DNA from: Saccostrea cucullata
Lineage: Eukaryota
Assembly (NCBI RefSeq): GCF_032062105.1
Contig: NW_026935468.1
Location: 1 to 64,000, forward strand
DNA length: 64,000 bases
Direction: 5' to 3'
A program made the translations under genes and the position numbers. The notes beneath the pieces were generated by a model. It was not told the origin of the DNA and did not search any database. It saw nothing but the letters and a program-made list of their open reading frames with translations. Positions 1-12,892 of this stretch are shown piece after piece. Position 1 is the first letter of the stretch, and every line of letters begins with the position of its first letter.

Positions 1-1058
1 AAATCACCAGTATGATGTTTAAATATTTACCGATTCACATTCTCCAATTCCTTTCACCCAATAAAAACCTGGTGGAATATAAAAGTACATTCATATAGGT
101 CGTGATTTTTTTTAAATATTCCTTTGAAAGGAATTCGAAGTTCATATACCCAAGTCATTCATGAACTAATTGATGAGGCGTATCGTATTTGTATATTGCA
201 ATCATATAGCATTACTTTAATTTAAAAAATGAGCAAATAATTTTCAATTCATATTATACACACAAGTATCTCCGAAATGCATGGCGTGTGTATGTAAAGA
301 AACAAAAAAAATGCCTTCTTTAAATGTAGCGAGTCTTTGAATTTGTCTTGATATTGTTCTATGTATATAACGAGTATTCCCGACCGTGATTGGACGGATA
401 TATTTAGAAAACTTGGTAAGTGTTTTTTTCCAAAATTGTTTTGTGCAAATCTATCACACGTCTTGTTGTAACAATAGCATTTTTAATAGGTCAACAATAC
501 CCCTCTTTTTAACATTGTAAGACAACTCCGAATTGCGTCTCATAAGTATACAATCGGATTAAGAATTTACCGATCAAAACATGATCAATTCTTTTTTAAA
601 TACTTAAAACTAATGTATCTTATTTCATACGGTCGTTCCAAATTAGTTTATATACATTATACAGACTTACAAAACAGGTTTTAAATATTTTTCCCTTGAA
701 AAATAAATTTAAAATGGAAAACATTAAGTTTTGAAATCATTATCATGGAAATTATCAATCGTTGAAAGTAAAAAAAATAAATAAAATAATGCACTTGATC
801 CCGTCGCAGAAGAAGTTCGACAGAGGAATGTTTGTTAGAAATGGATTTCTAAATTCATAAGAACTTGATAAATTAAAAAAAGTAGTTTCAGTTTAACCAC
901 ATTTGGCTGCTTTAAAAGAACAATAATTCTCCAACCACATAAAATAAAATTTATACACTTTATTAAAAATACGTATGTGCCACAGAGGACACGATATATA
1001 TAATAATGTATATATTCAATGAAACATATATTTTCTAGGTCTAGGGATTCAAACATGC

Positions 1059-4000
1059 CTATGACGAAAGTATGCCTGAAAAATAAAAACAACGTGTTTA
1101 ACTTAAATATGAAAAAAAAAGATATTTTGTCATTAATAAAGTAATTCTCAACTAGATTGAGTTAAATAGACTTCTACCTGCAATGCATGCAGTCATAAAA
1201 CAGGCGAAACAACCAGAAATCAGGGCGCGGAAGGATACACGCACTATATCTTCTTTGCGGTTTGGTGCTATAGCTGTGAGTGCACCTATCATGATTCCAA
1301 GAGCTGTGAGATTGGAAAATCCACAGAGTGCATACGTAGCAATAACAACCGAATGTTCCTACAAATTTACAAAAACAAATGACATAGTAACATTACAAAC
1401 AGAATTTGTGAGCACCAATCTTTAGTAATCTAAGTACAATGTTATTAAACATTTCATTTCAGTTATAAATTCTCTTTCAGCTTTATGTATTAAGCTGCCA
1501 GGTTTCAATAAAAAAACATTCATAGACTTTCAAAAAGATTTTTTAAAAACACATTTGAGATGAATATGAAAATATACCTTCACATTAAACTTTGCAACTT
1601 ACATATATACAAGTATATGGGAATAATCCTCTCCAAAAATTAAAAAAAGATATACTGAATCGTAGCACTTGAATACTTACAGTCAGTATCCCTCCAGTCA
1701 GAGTTTCGTTACGATCGGCTAAGAATACGTCACAGCTGGATGTGGTTGTCCATGGACCATCGTAAGATTCAAAAACCTGATTATTTTTGACAACTTTTCC
1801 CAAATCTTCGTACGCCAAAAACTCATTGATGAAAGTCTTGATTCCAACCATCCGTGCGACAACGCAACAATCACGTGGTTCCACGCCCAACAGAAAAACC
1901 AGTGGCCAAAATAGATAGGAGCAAATAAGCTGTAAAATGGGGGTTCAAAGTCCACAAAACAATACAAAATAAGAGCCGAGCAAACAGGGACCTCCGAAAC
2001 ATCAGAGATGGGATCAGGTGCCATGGAGGAGTGAGCATCCCTTGCTGACCGGTCACACCGGCCATGTGCTCATTGTCATGATCGTGAAATAACGGAAAAA
2101 TCCGTCGTCAATTCAGTGTATAAATAATGGACTAACAATTGGTATGAAAAACGCCAGTCAGCATTTGACTCAATGATAAATTGTATTTGCTGACAAGGTC
2201 ATTGTATCGACCATAGAACTTACGAAATGATGACTTTAAACGACACTGCTGATATTCTTGTTTCAACAACTTGCTTGTCAATAATTTACCTCGTTTTAGA
2301 AATTGTTCGTACGTACAGCATACTCTTGCATATCGAATCAAGTGATATATAGTCCGTATGCATGTGATGAAGGTATATTGCTGCATAAGTCAGGGAAGTT
2401 GACGATAGAAAAGTTAAAGTCGTCACGTTTATCATATAACTTGGTTGTTAGGTTACCATTAACGTCTTTTTCAAGTAAACTTGCATAAAAAGAACCTTTT
2501 GACCGTGGTGAAAGGCGACGGACTGTTTACCGATAAAACTCGATTTCCCTCGCGTTTAATCCAGAAATTTCTGTTCTCTTTTTTAAAAGTGAAGTCATAT
2601 TCAGTATGATGATACTCTATTTACATGTACTGATTATTCAGACAAAAGCAAGTTTATTGTCTAACTCATCAGCGACTATTTCCCTCGGCTTCACGTCGGA
2701 AAATACTTGCAGTAATTGGGAGATTGGAAGCAGTAAATTCGCTTTTGTCCTCAAACATGTTTCAAGTATAATTGCCAGTTTGAAAATATAGAACTGGTAT
2801 AAGTATAAATAATAATTATATGTAGAATGTTTTATTTATCTCTAGACTACCTACATTATATTCTCCAAACGTTTGACGGAATACCGGTATGCTGGTATTT
2901 TGACACTGCAATAGCAAACTGACAGGTATCTTTATTAATAATCTTACCTGAAAGGTCAGCGGAGGATAATCAGGTAGTACGAGTCCGACCCTCTCCCCGA
3001 GCCATACCAAGGTAGCGTTAACAAATCCCAGGAGAGAGAAGAAGGCAATGACACTGGCTATGATGTACGCCACAATCGGTAGGGCGATAATGGCGCCAAT
3101 CGAGGCGGCCTCCATGATGTTTCTTCCCTGTCTAAAGATGTAAAACTTTCTTGGTTTAATATATCAGTTCTTGTCAATGACTTTAGAATTTTCATTACGA
3201 TGCCAGTTGACATGTTCTACAGTCATCAATATTTAAGTTAAATAGAGCAATGTCACCTTTTTATTTCGAATGCGTCGTTAGATGTATCTCGTCTGCTTTC
3301 TTTGCTTTCGGGCCAAAATAATTTAGAAATTCCGAGTGCAGCAGGTGCGGACATAACACTGGCAGATAGCAGGTGATTTGCAGGAGCCTGAGTGCATTAA
3401 TTAAAAGAGACAGAAATTATGAATAATGGATATTTAAAAAAATATATAAAGGGTCTGTAAACATTGTCCCTGTAGTGTTGGGGAAAAAATAAAGTAAAAT
3501 TAACAAACGACAGGCAGACTTGAATTTACACCCTTCGATCAGAAAAGCTCACTCGAGCCTTTTGCCAAAAGTTAAGGTACGTAGCAATGCTTTTGAAATA
3601 AATTGAGAAAGGAAAGGTTTCAAAGAATGCAAAAATGTTGCTGGTACCCCAAAGAGGATGTAGACAACTAGAGTGCTTCCTGCCACTGTTGCGAATCCAT
3701 TCGTCATCACAGTGTGGAGTTCAGACAAGGTCATCTTGTCAAAGAGAGGCTTGACGATTGTCGTAGTTTCAGCCTAAAACCAAAAGATCGTTTTATTATG
3801 TTTGAATAAATCAATTTGTCTGGAAATGTTAGCTTGAAATGATTACATAGCTAAATTTTAATTCATTATTTACGCAGTAGGATAAAATGCAGAGCGATAC
3901 ATACTGTATAACTTTTTTTTTGTCCATTATGCATCACTTATGTAAAGATTTAAAATTAAAAACTGCTCTCGTTATCAGATTAAACTTTTAAAAAATGATC

Positions 4001-7000
4001 ATCCATTGTGTATGGAAACAAAATCATTATTGATTAAAATATTACAAGAAATACAATACATGGTCTCCTACATGTAGTTAGTGAATTACAGTTACAAGCA
4101 ACATAATAATCTCTTTAATTTGGAACAGTATGATAGTTGATTTATACAATTTGAAGACATTGGAAAATATCTAAATTATGCATAATTCACCACATAATTG
4201 AATTATAACATATATCAGTCACTAGTATTCGTTCAACAATATGAGGAGAAAATTGACAAAAATTTCACGACGATTTGGTGACATTTGAATTTAACCCCAA
4301 ATCGTCATTATCTATAATACTTAAATTTTGGATCATAAAGCTACAATGGCTGATTTTCAGACCAATTTGTTAGTGAAATTGACATTCCTCGTTCGAAAAT
4401 GGCCTTTACGGAGATTACTGGAGAGTGATCTCGGTCTAAGATGAAAGTCATTTTTTAATCTCTCGTTTCCTGTATGATTTCTCTTAATTGTTGTTAAATG
4501 ATTCCTTCACTGCATGTAATGTACTCAATTTATATAAGGTGTAGTCCTATAACAATTAGAAAGAAAATATATCTCTGTCCATCCCGAGGTTTTCGGGAAA
4601 ATTTTTAACTTTGTTGAGCTATAAATCTATACCTATGTATTAGTGTTTGGTAAAACTAAATTTTAGGTAAAAAAAAATGAACAAAAGGATCACATACAAA
4701 TACTTATTAAAATATATATTCATATTTAATTTCTTTTCCCTCCTAGAAAAAAAAACGAGTCCTAATACATTTTTGTTGTTAAGTCTCATCATTTATTAAT
4801 TTTGTTTTAACGCTCAAAGTTATCCATATGAATTTAAGTCATGATTAAAAAACATAATGTCAGTTTGCATTTAAAAGGAACTTATTTTTTATCTAAGTAA
4901 AATTATAAATGGATAAGGATCATTTACTCCAGTGAGAATTATCTCCCGTGAGATATGGTCAATAAACCTTAAAGGCTTACCCATCCAACAAATATATTGA
5001 CTGCGGCGTGCAGTGATTCCATCGCGGAGATTCCCAGGGTATACTGCATTATGAAGGCCAATTTCTGAATTAAGACCTGCATCCATCCTAAGTAATACAA
5101 GATGGAGATGACGGCACTGAAGAAAAATATAACAGACATCACCTGCCAAAGAAAGAAAAATGGACTGTGTATTATTAACTTTTGTGAAGCATCTTTGTCA
5201 TCAAGGATTAATTAATAAAAGTTAATAACAAATCATTTCTTTGAGCAAGATCTTAAAATAGTTTTAATAAATCAAATTAAAAAGAAATTTTAAAAAAATG
5301 CTAACTTTTTCAGTTTTAAAGCTTCAATTCCATTTGATTTTCTTTATACTGTATGTAATTTTTCCAACAAAACTTGAACATTTTTTCCGAAGAATGATAA
5401 GAACAGATACGACTCCCTTCTAAAAGGATTTTACTTTAAAATAGTTTAGTAATTTAAAAAGTCAATGGAAAGTAATCCCTTACATAACATGAACATATAC
5501 ATGTACTTTATTTTACCTTGAATGCAAAAAAGTGTTCAGTGAAGGCATCCCCAAAAACAAATACCGCGCCATTGTCTGAGTGGTCGAGAAATTCCGTGAC
5601 TCTTTTTCCCAGCCAATCAAAAGCGTCATAACCCCATGTAGTTCGGAGGACTATCAAAGCAAAGACCATCTGCAGCAAAAATCCCCACAGTACTGGTCGC
5701 CAAGAAACCTACATATATTAATAGATAAAGAGAGTTTATTTATTTTAAAAGAATTTAAAACTTTAAATTCTATTTTAATGGATTGATACATCATGAACTA
5801 CAGAGAAAAGAAAAGCAATATACTTTTAAACTTTTAAGTAACTTTTATGTTTAGAGAATTGTTTCTTGCCATGAAGCTAGTTATTTTTTTTTTTTAATTC
5901 TTTTCGCCTGAATACAGTATGAAAAAAATGGTCATTTATAACCTATTCAGGGTCCTTTGAAAAGAGGAACAGCACAAACCTGTTCAGGATCCTTTGAAAA
6001 GAAGAACAGCACAAACGTGAAAAAGAGTAAACCAGCAACAGGCACAAGTCTGAAGGGGTTGTGAAACAGCACTGTAGCTATGATGTATATGATGACGACG
6101 ATGATGACATACATGGTTAATATCCTACAGAAAAGAAAGGTGTTTTTTTTTAATTTCTACAAAAAATTTGCATGTTAAAATTACAAATGGCATACATACA
6201 TACTTTTTAAAAATTTTCCTCGTTCTTTCTTTCGGAAAGTTTGGATTCTTTTGAGTACTGTTTAAAAATGCTTCCACTCGATCTCCATACCATTTCTTTA
6301 ATGTATGTATTGCATAGAAAAACAACACAACTACTGTCAACACAAGTAAACGAATCGAACCCTCGTCGCCGAAATTATGAACCATTGCTCCAATGAAATA
6401 AGCAAAATATCCCAGAAGAAGAAAAATCCGGAAACCGGCTTTTAACCTCGTTTTGTGTTTCTTGAGAACTCGGTCCAGGGATTTCCGGACTCTGACGACA
6501 GGACTGAGCGGAGAACAGGTTTTGAGGCATTGCGGAGGAGAATGTTGGTATGTTATAATCACAGAATCCGTCGCTGTGTTGTTTGGGTCCTAATGTGGAA
6601 GAAAACAGGGAATGTTTCAAAAGTAAATATTTAAAAGGAATTAAATGTGTGTATAATACATGCACACTGTGGAAAATGACACAAGACTGAAATGCAAAAC
6701 TCCACACTTGATTAGGCCTGGTGCTTAGAATTCATGATCAGAAATTAAAAAAAGATGTTTTAAGCAACAATAGCACGCAAGATGTATGTGAAGCTTAAAA
6801 CATCTGCTGATAAATGTAGAGCATTCTATCAAAAAAAAAAAAAAAAAAAAAAAAAAAAGATAGCATCTCCTGGACTCCCATTATAGATAGACATAATCAA
6901 TTCATCAATGAAATCTTAGTTTGATTGTTGAGCTTACTTTTCTGGCTTTTCATTTTTTTTTTTTTCGAAATGCAAAATACATACAAAATGCACGGAATGA

Positions 7001-7331
7001 AACATGCCCATTTTAACAAAAGACCGCTATGAATTATGTTGATTGTAACTAAGCTCAAGAAATTAAGGCACGGTATTCGTAAAATATTACTGATTTATGC
7101 AATGACCTTTCTGTGACCTTTAACATCGGCACTATAGTGTGTCGGACCAAACGTTTATAAACATCGGGTTGGCATTGTCACAGATCTAGGTGCAACATAT
7201 TAAGTACCCGTATCATAAGCGAATTTAATTATTAGACTGCAGCAAATGTCCAAAAATGGATGAATTAGTTTAAAGACAAAAAAGTACAAACCAAAAAATA
7301 TGATTACCTGAGGCTCATGGGCTGTAGACAT
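1059..7331 (-). CDS. Concentrative Na+/nucleoside cotransporter (SLC28/CNT family, SLC28A3-like), 11 coding exons, ~598 aa
   Basis: Spliced by hand with GT-AG junctions in consistent phase: 7331-7308, 6589-6204, 6124-5980, 5708-5517, 5142-4981, 3773-3648, 3387-3257, 3131-2948, 1929-1681, 1358-1178, 1075-1059 (TAG). CNT motifs: [85 protein letters not shown]. The 8-codon first exon is the least certain. Confidence 0.93.
1945..2490 (-). mobile_element. 3' fragment of a Penelope-like retroelement (RT C-terminus plus conserved 3' tail)
   Basis: Minus strand encodes [19 protein letters not shown] and [19 protein letters not shown] (degenerate), followed by the GTGACCGGTC..GGGATGCTCACTCCTCCATGGCACCTGATCCCA motif. 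Lies in an SLC28 intron. Confidence 0.75.
5943..6016. repeat. 37-bp tandem duplication across an SLC28 exon/intron boundary
   Basis: ctattcagggtcctttgaaaagaggaacagcacaaac (5943-5979) vs ctgttcaggatcctttgaaaagaagaacagcacaaac (5980-6016). Confidence 0.9.
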
Positions 7332-7682
7332 CTTTATATGAAATAAAATGTGTCGAAAAGGCCCTCAGGGGGATCTATAAATGTGTGCACGGAATAAATG
7401 CTATAAGGATGCCTATGAACCGTATCCAAATTTGAGAGATAGTTTAAAATGGGTCCATGATCTTGAAATTTATATGAAATCTAATGGACAATTCTTTTGT
7501 CCTAAAAGTTGGTAAAGGAGATGGCTGACACAGTGAAATCGCCAATAACTTTTAGCGTTTGTACTTGCAGTTCAAAGTCAAAATTCTTATCAAATGATTA
7601 ATTGTTGGCACCACATTTGTCTTAAATTGCTTGATATTTACTTTCCCATGCAGTATTCACGGGAACCTTTATGATATAAGTA

Positions 7683-8641
7683 AATGTATATATGTAATTT
7701 CTGCAGATAAAAAAGCGTCACTTCACAATTATAATAATTTCTTAAAACATTTTTGTGACGTCATCTTTTGTTAAAAAATAAATTTGTTATTGACCTGCAC
7801 GTGACGTTCCAGGTGAATACAACTTAGGATCTATTTGAGAACAAAGGGCGAGGCAAATCAGTAAACAGCATTGATCAAATCAAAAATTTTTATGAACAGT
7901 GTAGGAAATTCAAAAATTTTACAAAAAATTGTTTTGGACAATAATCCAGTGATTTAAACGGCTATGATTTTTTTTTCATGTGAACAAAATATATTGCTAT
8001 ATATATATTTTCAATGATTGATCCATGGAACATATATAGAATCCAAAGGACACAAAAGATGAACGAGAAGCATGCGTTTTCACTTCTTACACACAACACT
8101 TTTAATTTTTACTTTTTGGCAGTCAGTTTTACCTGATAATATTCCTTCCTTTCAAAGTCTATCCTATAAAAAAGATTGATATATTTTTTTTCATGTCAAC
8201 TACATTGATAAAAAACTTCAAATTGATACGACTGGTAAGGCTTATTTACATTTTAATTCTGCTTCTCTTTTGTATTTGGCTAGGACTTAATTAAATGCAA
8301 CCAAAAAGTAATGGGTTTGTTTTTATTAAAATTTTATCAGTGAATCATATAATAAAACAAATATTGCTGTAACTTTTACGCATGGTCAGTATGTATAAAA
8401 AATTTAGCCATCTTAAAAGGACTAAACAAAGTTAATGTTCATATTTATCGATATAAAACACCTCTCGGATTCCTACTAAAAAAGTGAATACCAAAACTGG
8501 TTTTCAGATGGCTAAATCACAGTCAGTATTGCAGAACGAGGTCTTACCTGTGGCTGTCCTAAAAAATCAGCAATAATTGTATAATGTATATATGTAATTT
8601 CTGCAGATAAAAAAGCGTCACTTCACAATTATAATAATTTC
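7683..8641. repeat. Identical 59-bp direct repeats 900 bp apart
   Basis: aatgtatatatgtaatttctgcagataaaaaagcgtcacttcacaattataataatttc at 7683-7741 and 8583-8641. Confidence 0.92.
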
Positions 8642-11600
8642 ATATTCGGGAACGAGTATACCTTGCAGCGGACAGCCACCGGGGGTAGAATGGATACAAA
8701 ATGACATGGGACTTGCCACGACTATTTCACAGTCCGTCGAAACTTCTTCATTTTATGTCCATTGTTTTTATTCACTGACCTAACTCCTTATCATTGGAGG
8801 CATCGCCTGAGAATGTATACCTTAGGCAGCTCCCTGAATTTGAAGTCATTCCGCAACCGTCAAACCGGTCGCGATGCCGTAGTCTTGCAATAGAGGGCTC
8901 GCGTTGTGAACGGGAGGTCTCGATGGATGGAATTCTCGTTCCCGGTGCCATTTCAAAATAATATATTGATTGAATGATTGTATGTTGTTTTACGTCCCAT
9001 TATTTTACTTATATAAAGACGTCATATATACCATATACCGTACTTAATCCTTTTGCATAAAAAGCAAATTAAACCAATTTATGACATTTATTTCTCAGGT
9101 TTGCATTGTTTAATTTGTTGCATTTTTAAAACGAAGTCTTATTTACCCGGTACCTCCTAAATTGTAACATAGTATCGCGGTATAGGAAAACATGGAAACT
9201 TGTGGCTGACATGGACTTCAATTTTTATTTTTATATTTACGGTGAAATTCTACATTAGAAATAAACATTTATACAAACTAAAGCGAAACATGACACTTTA
9301 GGCTTTGCTAGGTTATAAAATCAATGATCTAAATATGATATAAACGGTAATGGAAATCTGTAAAATTACGTTTTATTTGAATAAAAAATTACTGACACAT
9401 GTTCCATACTTTTTAATCGTCACAAAAGTTTACATTCAGACGACAAACAGTAGTATTTAAACAGAAAGGATATGAACTGTGCAATATACTTGGAAATATA
9501 AGAAGCGTATACTGAAGCAAATTCAACATTTACGGCCGTAAACTGACTGTTATTTTGCCAACAGCCATTGCTGCATTAGAAATGAAATTTGCCGGGCGCA
9601 TGGCAAATACCAAATATTACGTTAAAAAATTTAAGTCACGTGTTTCGGATAGGCGATGGTACTGTAAAGAACTCTAAATTATCAATGGCTTTTAGTATCG
9701 AATATATATATGTAGGTCTAATCTTGAAGCCCTTCATCGCTTCTTGGTATCTAACGTCTTGCAAGGGACTTTTAAAAAAACAGCAATCAATGAAGACCAT
9801 CAGTATCACATACTTTCACAGTTCGTTATCTCTACATAATTCATTATAACTAATGGCAAATCAACGCCACCTTCCTTTTGGATAGATAAAAAGAACGTTT
9901 TCATCATATTGTGAATATGACAAAATTAAATGTCATCGTAAATATTTTTGGCATTTCTCTTCCTCTATATTAATTTCGATACTTTTGGAAAATGCAAAAG
10001 TTAACATATTAATTCATAAATTAGAGTCTAGATGAATACTATTACAGCATAAAATGGACTGTTAAATTCAAAGATACTTAAGGAAGGGAACCCCTATATC
10101 TTCCCAACCCCATCTTCGTTATCCAAAAGCCTACGCCTTTTTCAATTTTGATTACTAGTATCTAGAACTAAAAAGAAGAATGACGGACCAGATTGATATA
10201 CTATACTTAATTTACCCAAAATGACATTTTTATTGCATGTGTTAGATTAAAAGTTTAAAATTTGTCATTGTAAACGTACATGTATCTAGATTGTAAGATT
10301 GCTAAAGATAAGCCTAGACGAATTATTTTTTTTTAATTTTAATGAAACGTAACAATGATTATATAATACATATATATGCTAGGTAAAGTTATCAAACTGA
10401 ATTAGGTCTCACGATAATTATCTTATCAAACGTAATACAGTATATCCTTGTGATACTAAGTAGAACAAGTGCGTACTCATGGCACAAGTTTAACAGTGCG
10501 CGTTTGTCTAAAGAGCCTTTTACATACCGGGTATTATAGCGGATCTAACAAAAATTGACACTAATGCAATTTTTCACGAGATCTATACTAAAAGGAACAT
10601 ATAAAAAAAATCCCACTTACTTCTTCGCTTAAAAACTGTTCACTTTCCATAACGAAATCCGACCTAGAGGTAGCCATTATAAACAAAACCAGAGCCCCCA
10701 AATTTCCATAGGAGTTTACTCTGGAATTAAAGCGAATTATCGTATTTGTTGATCCATTATCAGTCTAAATGTTGTCACTATTATGAATGAAAAATGGCTT
10801 CATCTGTTATCATGCTAAACCAGGTCGATCACTATATACGAGGGGATTTTTGAAGCCATAGTATAATCATTATTTTTAACATATTAATTTGCATATGTTT
10901 GAATTTACAATAATAACAGTTAATATATGTACTGCAATCTTATGTTGATTAACTAATGTTCTATCAATCAAATCGTCAACAAGTATCGATTTATGTATCG
11001 CACTTGTTGAACATAGATTTAATATGAATGGAAATTAAATGAACACATAAAATCAAGAATGATACAAGAATAATGATATTCTATTTTCCCCAATTAATAG
11101 AAGAATTCTTCATTTTTTTTAACTTAACTATATATTTAAAAATGGTGAGATGATAATGAAATAACTCAATCAAAGGTTGAAATGTTTATTTCACGGTCAG
11201 AATGAAATTTAACTACAAAACCTTATTTCTTGTTCTCTACTCCCCAAAGCACATGATCTCTAAAATTAATGATTCTCAGCCGCTTTTTACCATTTCACGA
11301 TTCATTTTGGATAATACCATGAATCTGGGAAAGTGTAAGTCGATTTATTTTTGCGATTTTGCATTTAAGGGGGTTTTATTTTGTGAAAATTACAGAAGCG
11401 AAACTCTTCATTTTTTTTTACCATGTATAACTTACATTAACTTTAGTGTACATGCAAAGTTTGGGCGAAATCTACCTTCCAGGTATTTTCAAGGGACCGT
11501 CTCAAAATATAGGTACATTTACTATAGGATTACTACATGTATCTCATTCGTTGAAATCCGCCTTAAACGGGGGTAAATTTCCACATCTGCTAAATTCATT

Positions 11601-11991
11601 GATACATTAACAAGATATGCTAACACCTGAATCAAAATGCCTTTTCAAAAAATATTTTAAAAGTTCATGTTTAATTCTTGAACACTTTAAAATTGTTTCT
11701 GTTACTTTTTTCTTATTAGGGTTTTGTGCTTGTATAGTGAATTCACAGAATATGCGAAATAAGTACAAATACAAATACACATGTGGTTACAGTGCAATAT
11801 GGACTAAACAGCTAATGACTTGGAAGTAGAGCCGTAATTTTATGTAAAAATATCAATAAAACTAATGAATGTTATACCTTAAATATGTTAAAGTCACACT
11901 ATTTAAATTACTTTCTTTAAAAATTGCTTGTTTATTTTATTACCATACATTTCCCGAGATAAAATAAAAAAAAAATTATAAAAGAAAACGA

Positions 11992-12892
11992 AACAAGCAA
12001 ATTCAAAGAATTGTGGTCCCCCGCTTTCGGTGTCATTTTGTGTGAGATGTCATTTTTTATGACATTTTGTGTCTAAATATAAACGCCCTATCATAAGTCA
12101 TCTATTTAGAAATTATCTTGAACTCCAAGGTCAAGGTCAAATGGTTAACGTTCTTTGTATCCAATGAAAAGTCTTCTCAAAAGAATTACATATATGAAGT
12201 ATGAAAGCCCTAGCCCTTACCATTCAAAAGTAATGGTCAAAAAGTTTTCTCTTAATTACAAAAAATCTCCAAGGTCAAGGTCAAGGTTGTTGCTATCAAA
12301 TAAAAGGTCTTGCCACAAAGAAAACGTATGTGAAATATAAAAGTCCTGGTATCTACTGTTCAAAAGTTGTGGCCAAGGTCAAAGTTTTTGAAAAGAAGGT
12401 CAAACTCAAATGTCAAGGTCGAAAGGGCCAAGGTTTTTGGTATTCAATGAAAGATCTTATCACAAGAATTATTTATATGAAGTATGAGAGCCCTATCCAT
12501 TACCATTCAGAAGTTATTTTACGGAAATCTGAAAGGTCAAGGTCAAAAGGTCAAAGTTGTTGGCATCCAATAAAAGGTCTTGCTACAGAGAATACATATG
12601 TGAAATATGAAAGTCCTTGTACCTACCATTTAAAAGTTATGACCAAAGTAAAAGTTTGGAATTTTTGTGTAAAAGTGGGTCAAACTCCAAGGTCAAGGTC
12701 AAATTTGGTGATACCAAAAGAAAGGTCTTGTCACAAGGAATACACATATGAAATATGAAAGTCATTGCTCCACTGAATCAAAAGTTATGGGCAAGGTTAA
12801 AGTTTTGTGACGGACGGACAGACTGACAGACAGACGGACAGACGAATGAGATTTAATGTCCCCTCGCTTTCGCGAAAGCGGGGGACAAAAAA
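11992..12892 (+). mobile_element. Non-autonomous Helentron-like (HINE-type) element with internal tandem repeats
   Basis: Starts AAACAAG; subterminal GTCCCCCGCTTTCG; repeated CAAGGTCAAGGTCA / ATATGAAAG units; (GACG/GACA)n microsatellite at 12809-12844; 3' hairpin TCCCCTCGCTTTCGCGAAAGCGGGGGACA followed by an A-run. Confidence 0.75.

Noticed and set aside
1719-2065. ORFs containing [10 protein letters not shown] (also at 22205)
   Set aside because: They translate the non-coding retroelement tail; the frame is not conserved between copies.
6831-6858. 28-nt poly(A) run as a retrocopy tail
   Set aside because: No recognisable TSD or retrocopy body; treated as a simple repeat.
8860-9030. GC-richer stretch ending in CCA, possible tRNA
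   Set aside because: No convincing cloverleaf or intact B box; more likely decayed SINE fragments.
12155-12758. ORFs of 61 and 142 aa with repeated KYESP motifs
   Set aside because: They are translations of the tandem repeats inside a Helentron-like element, not a gene.
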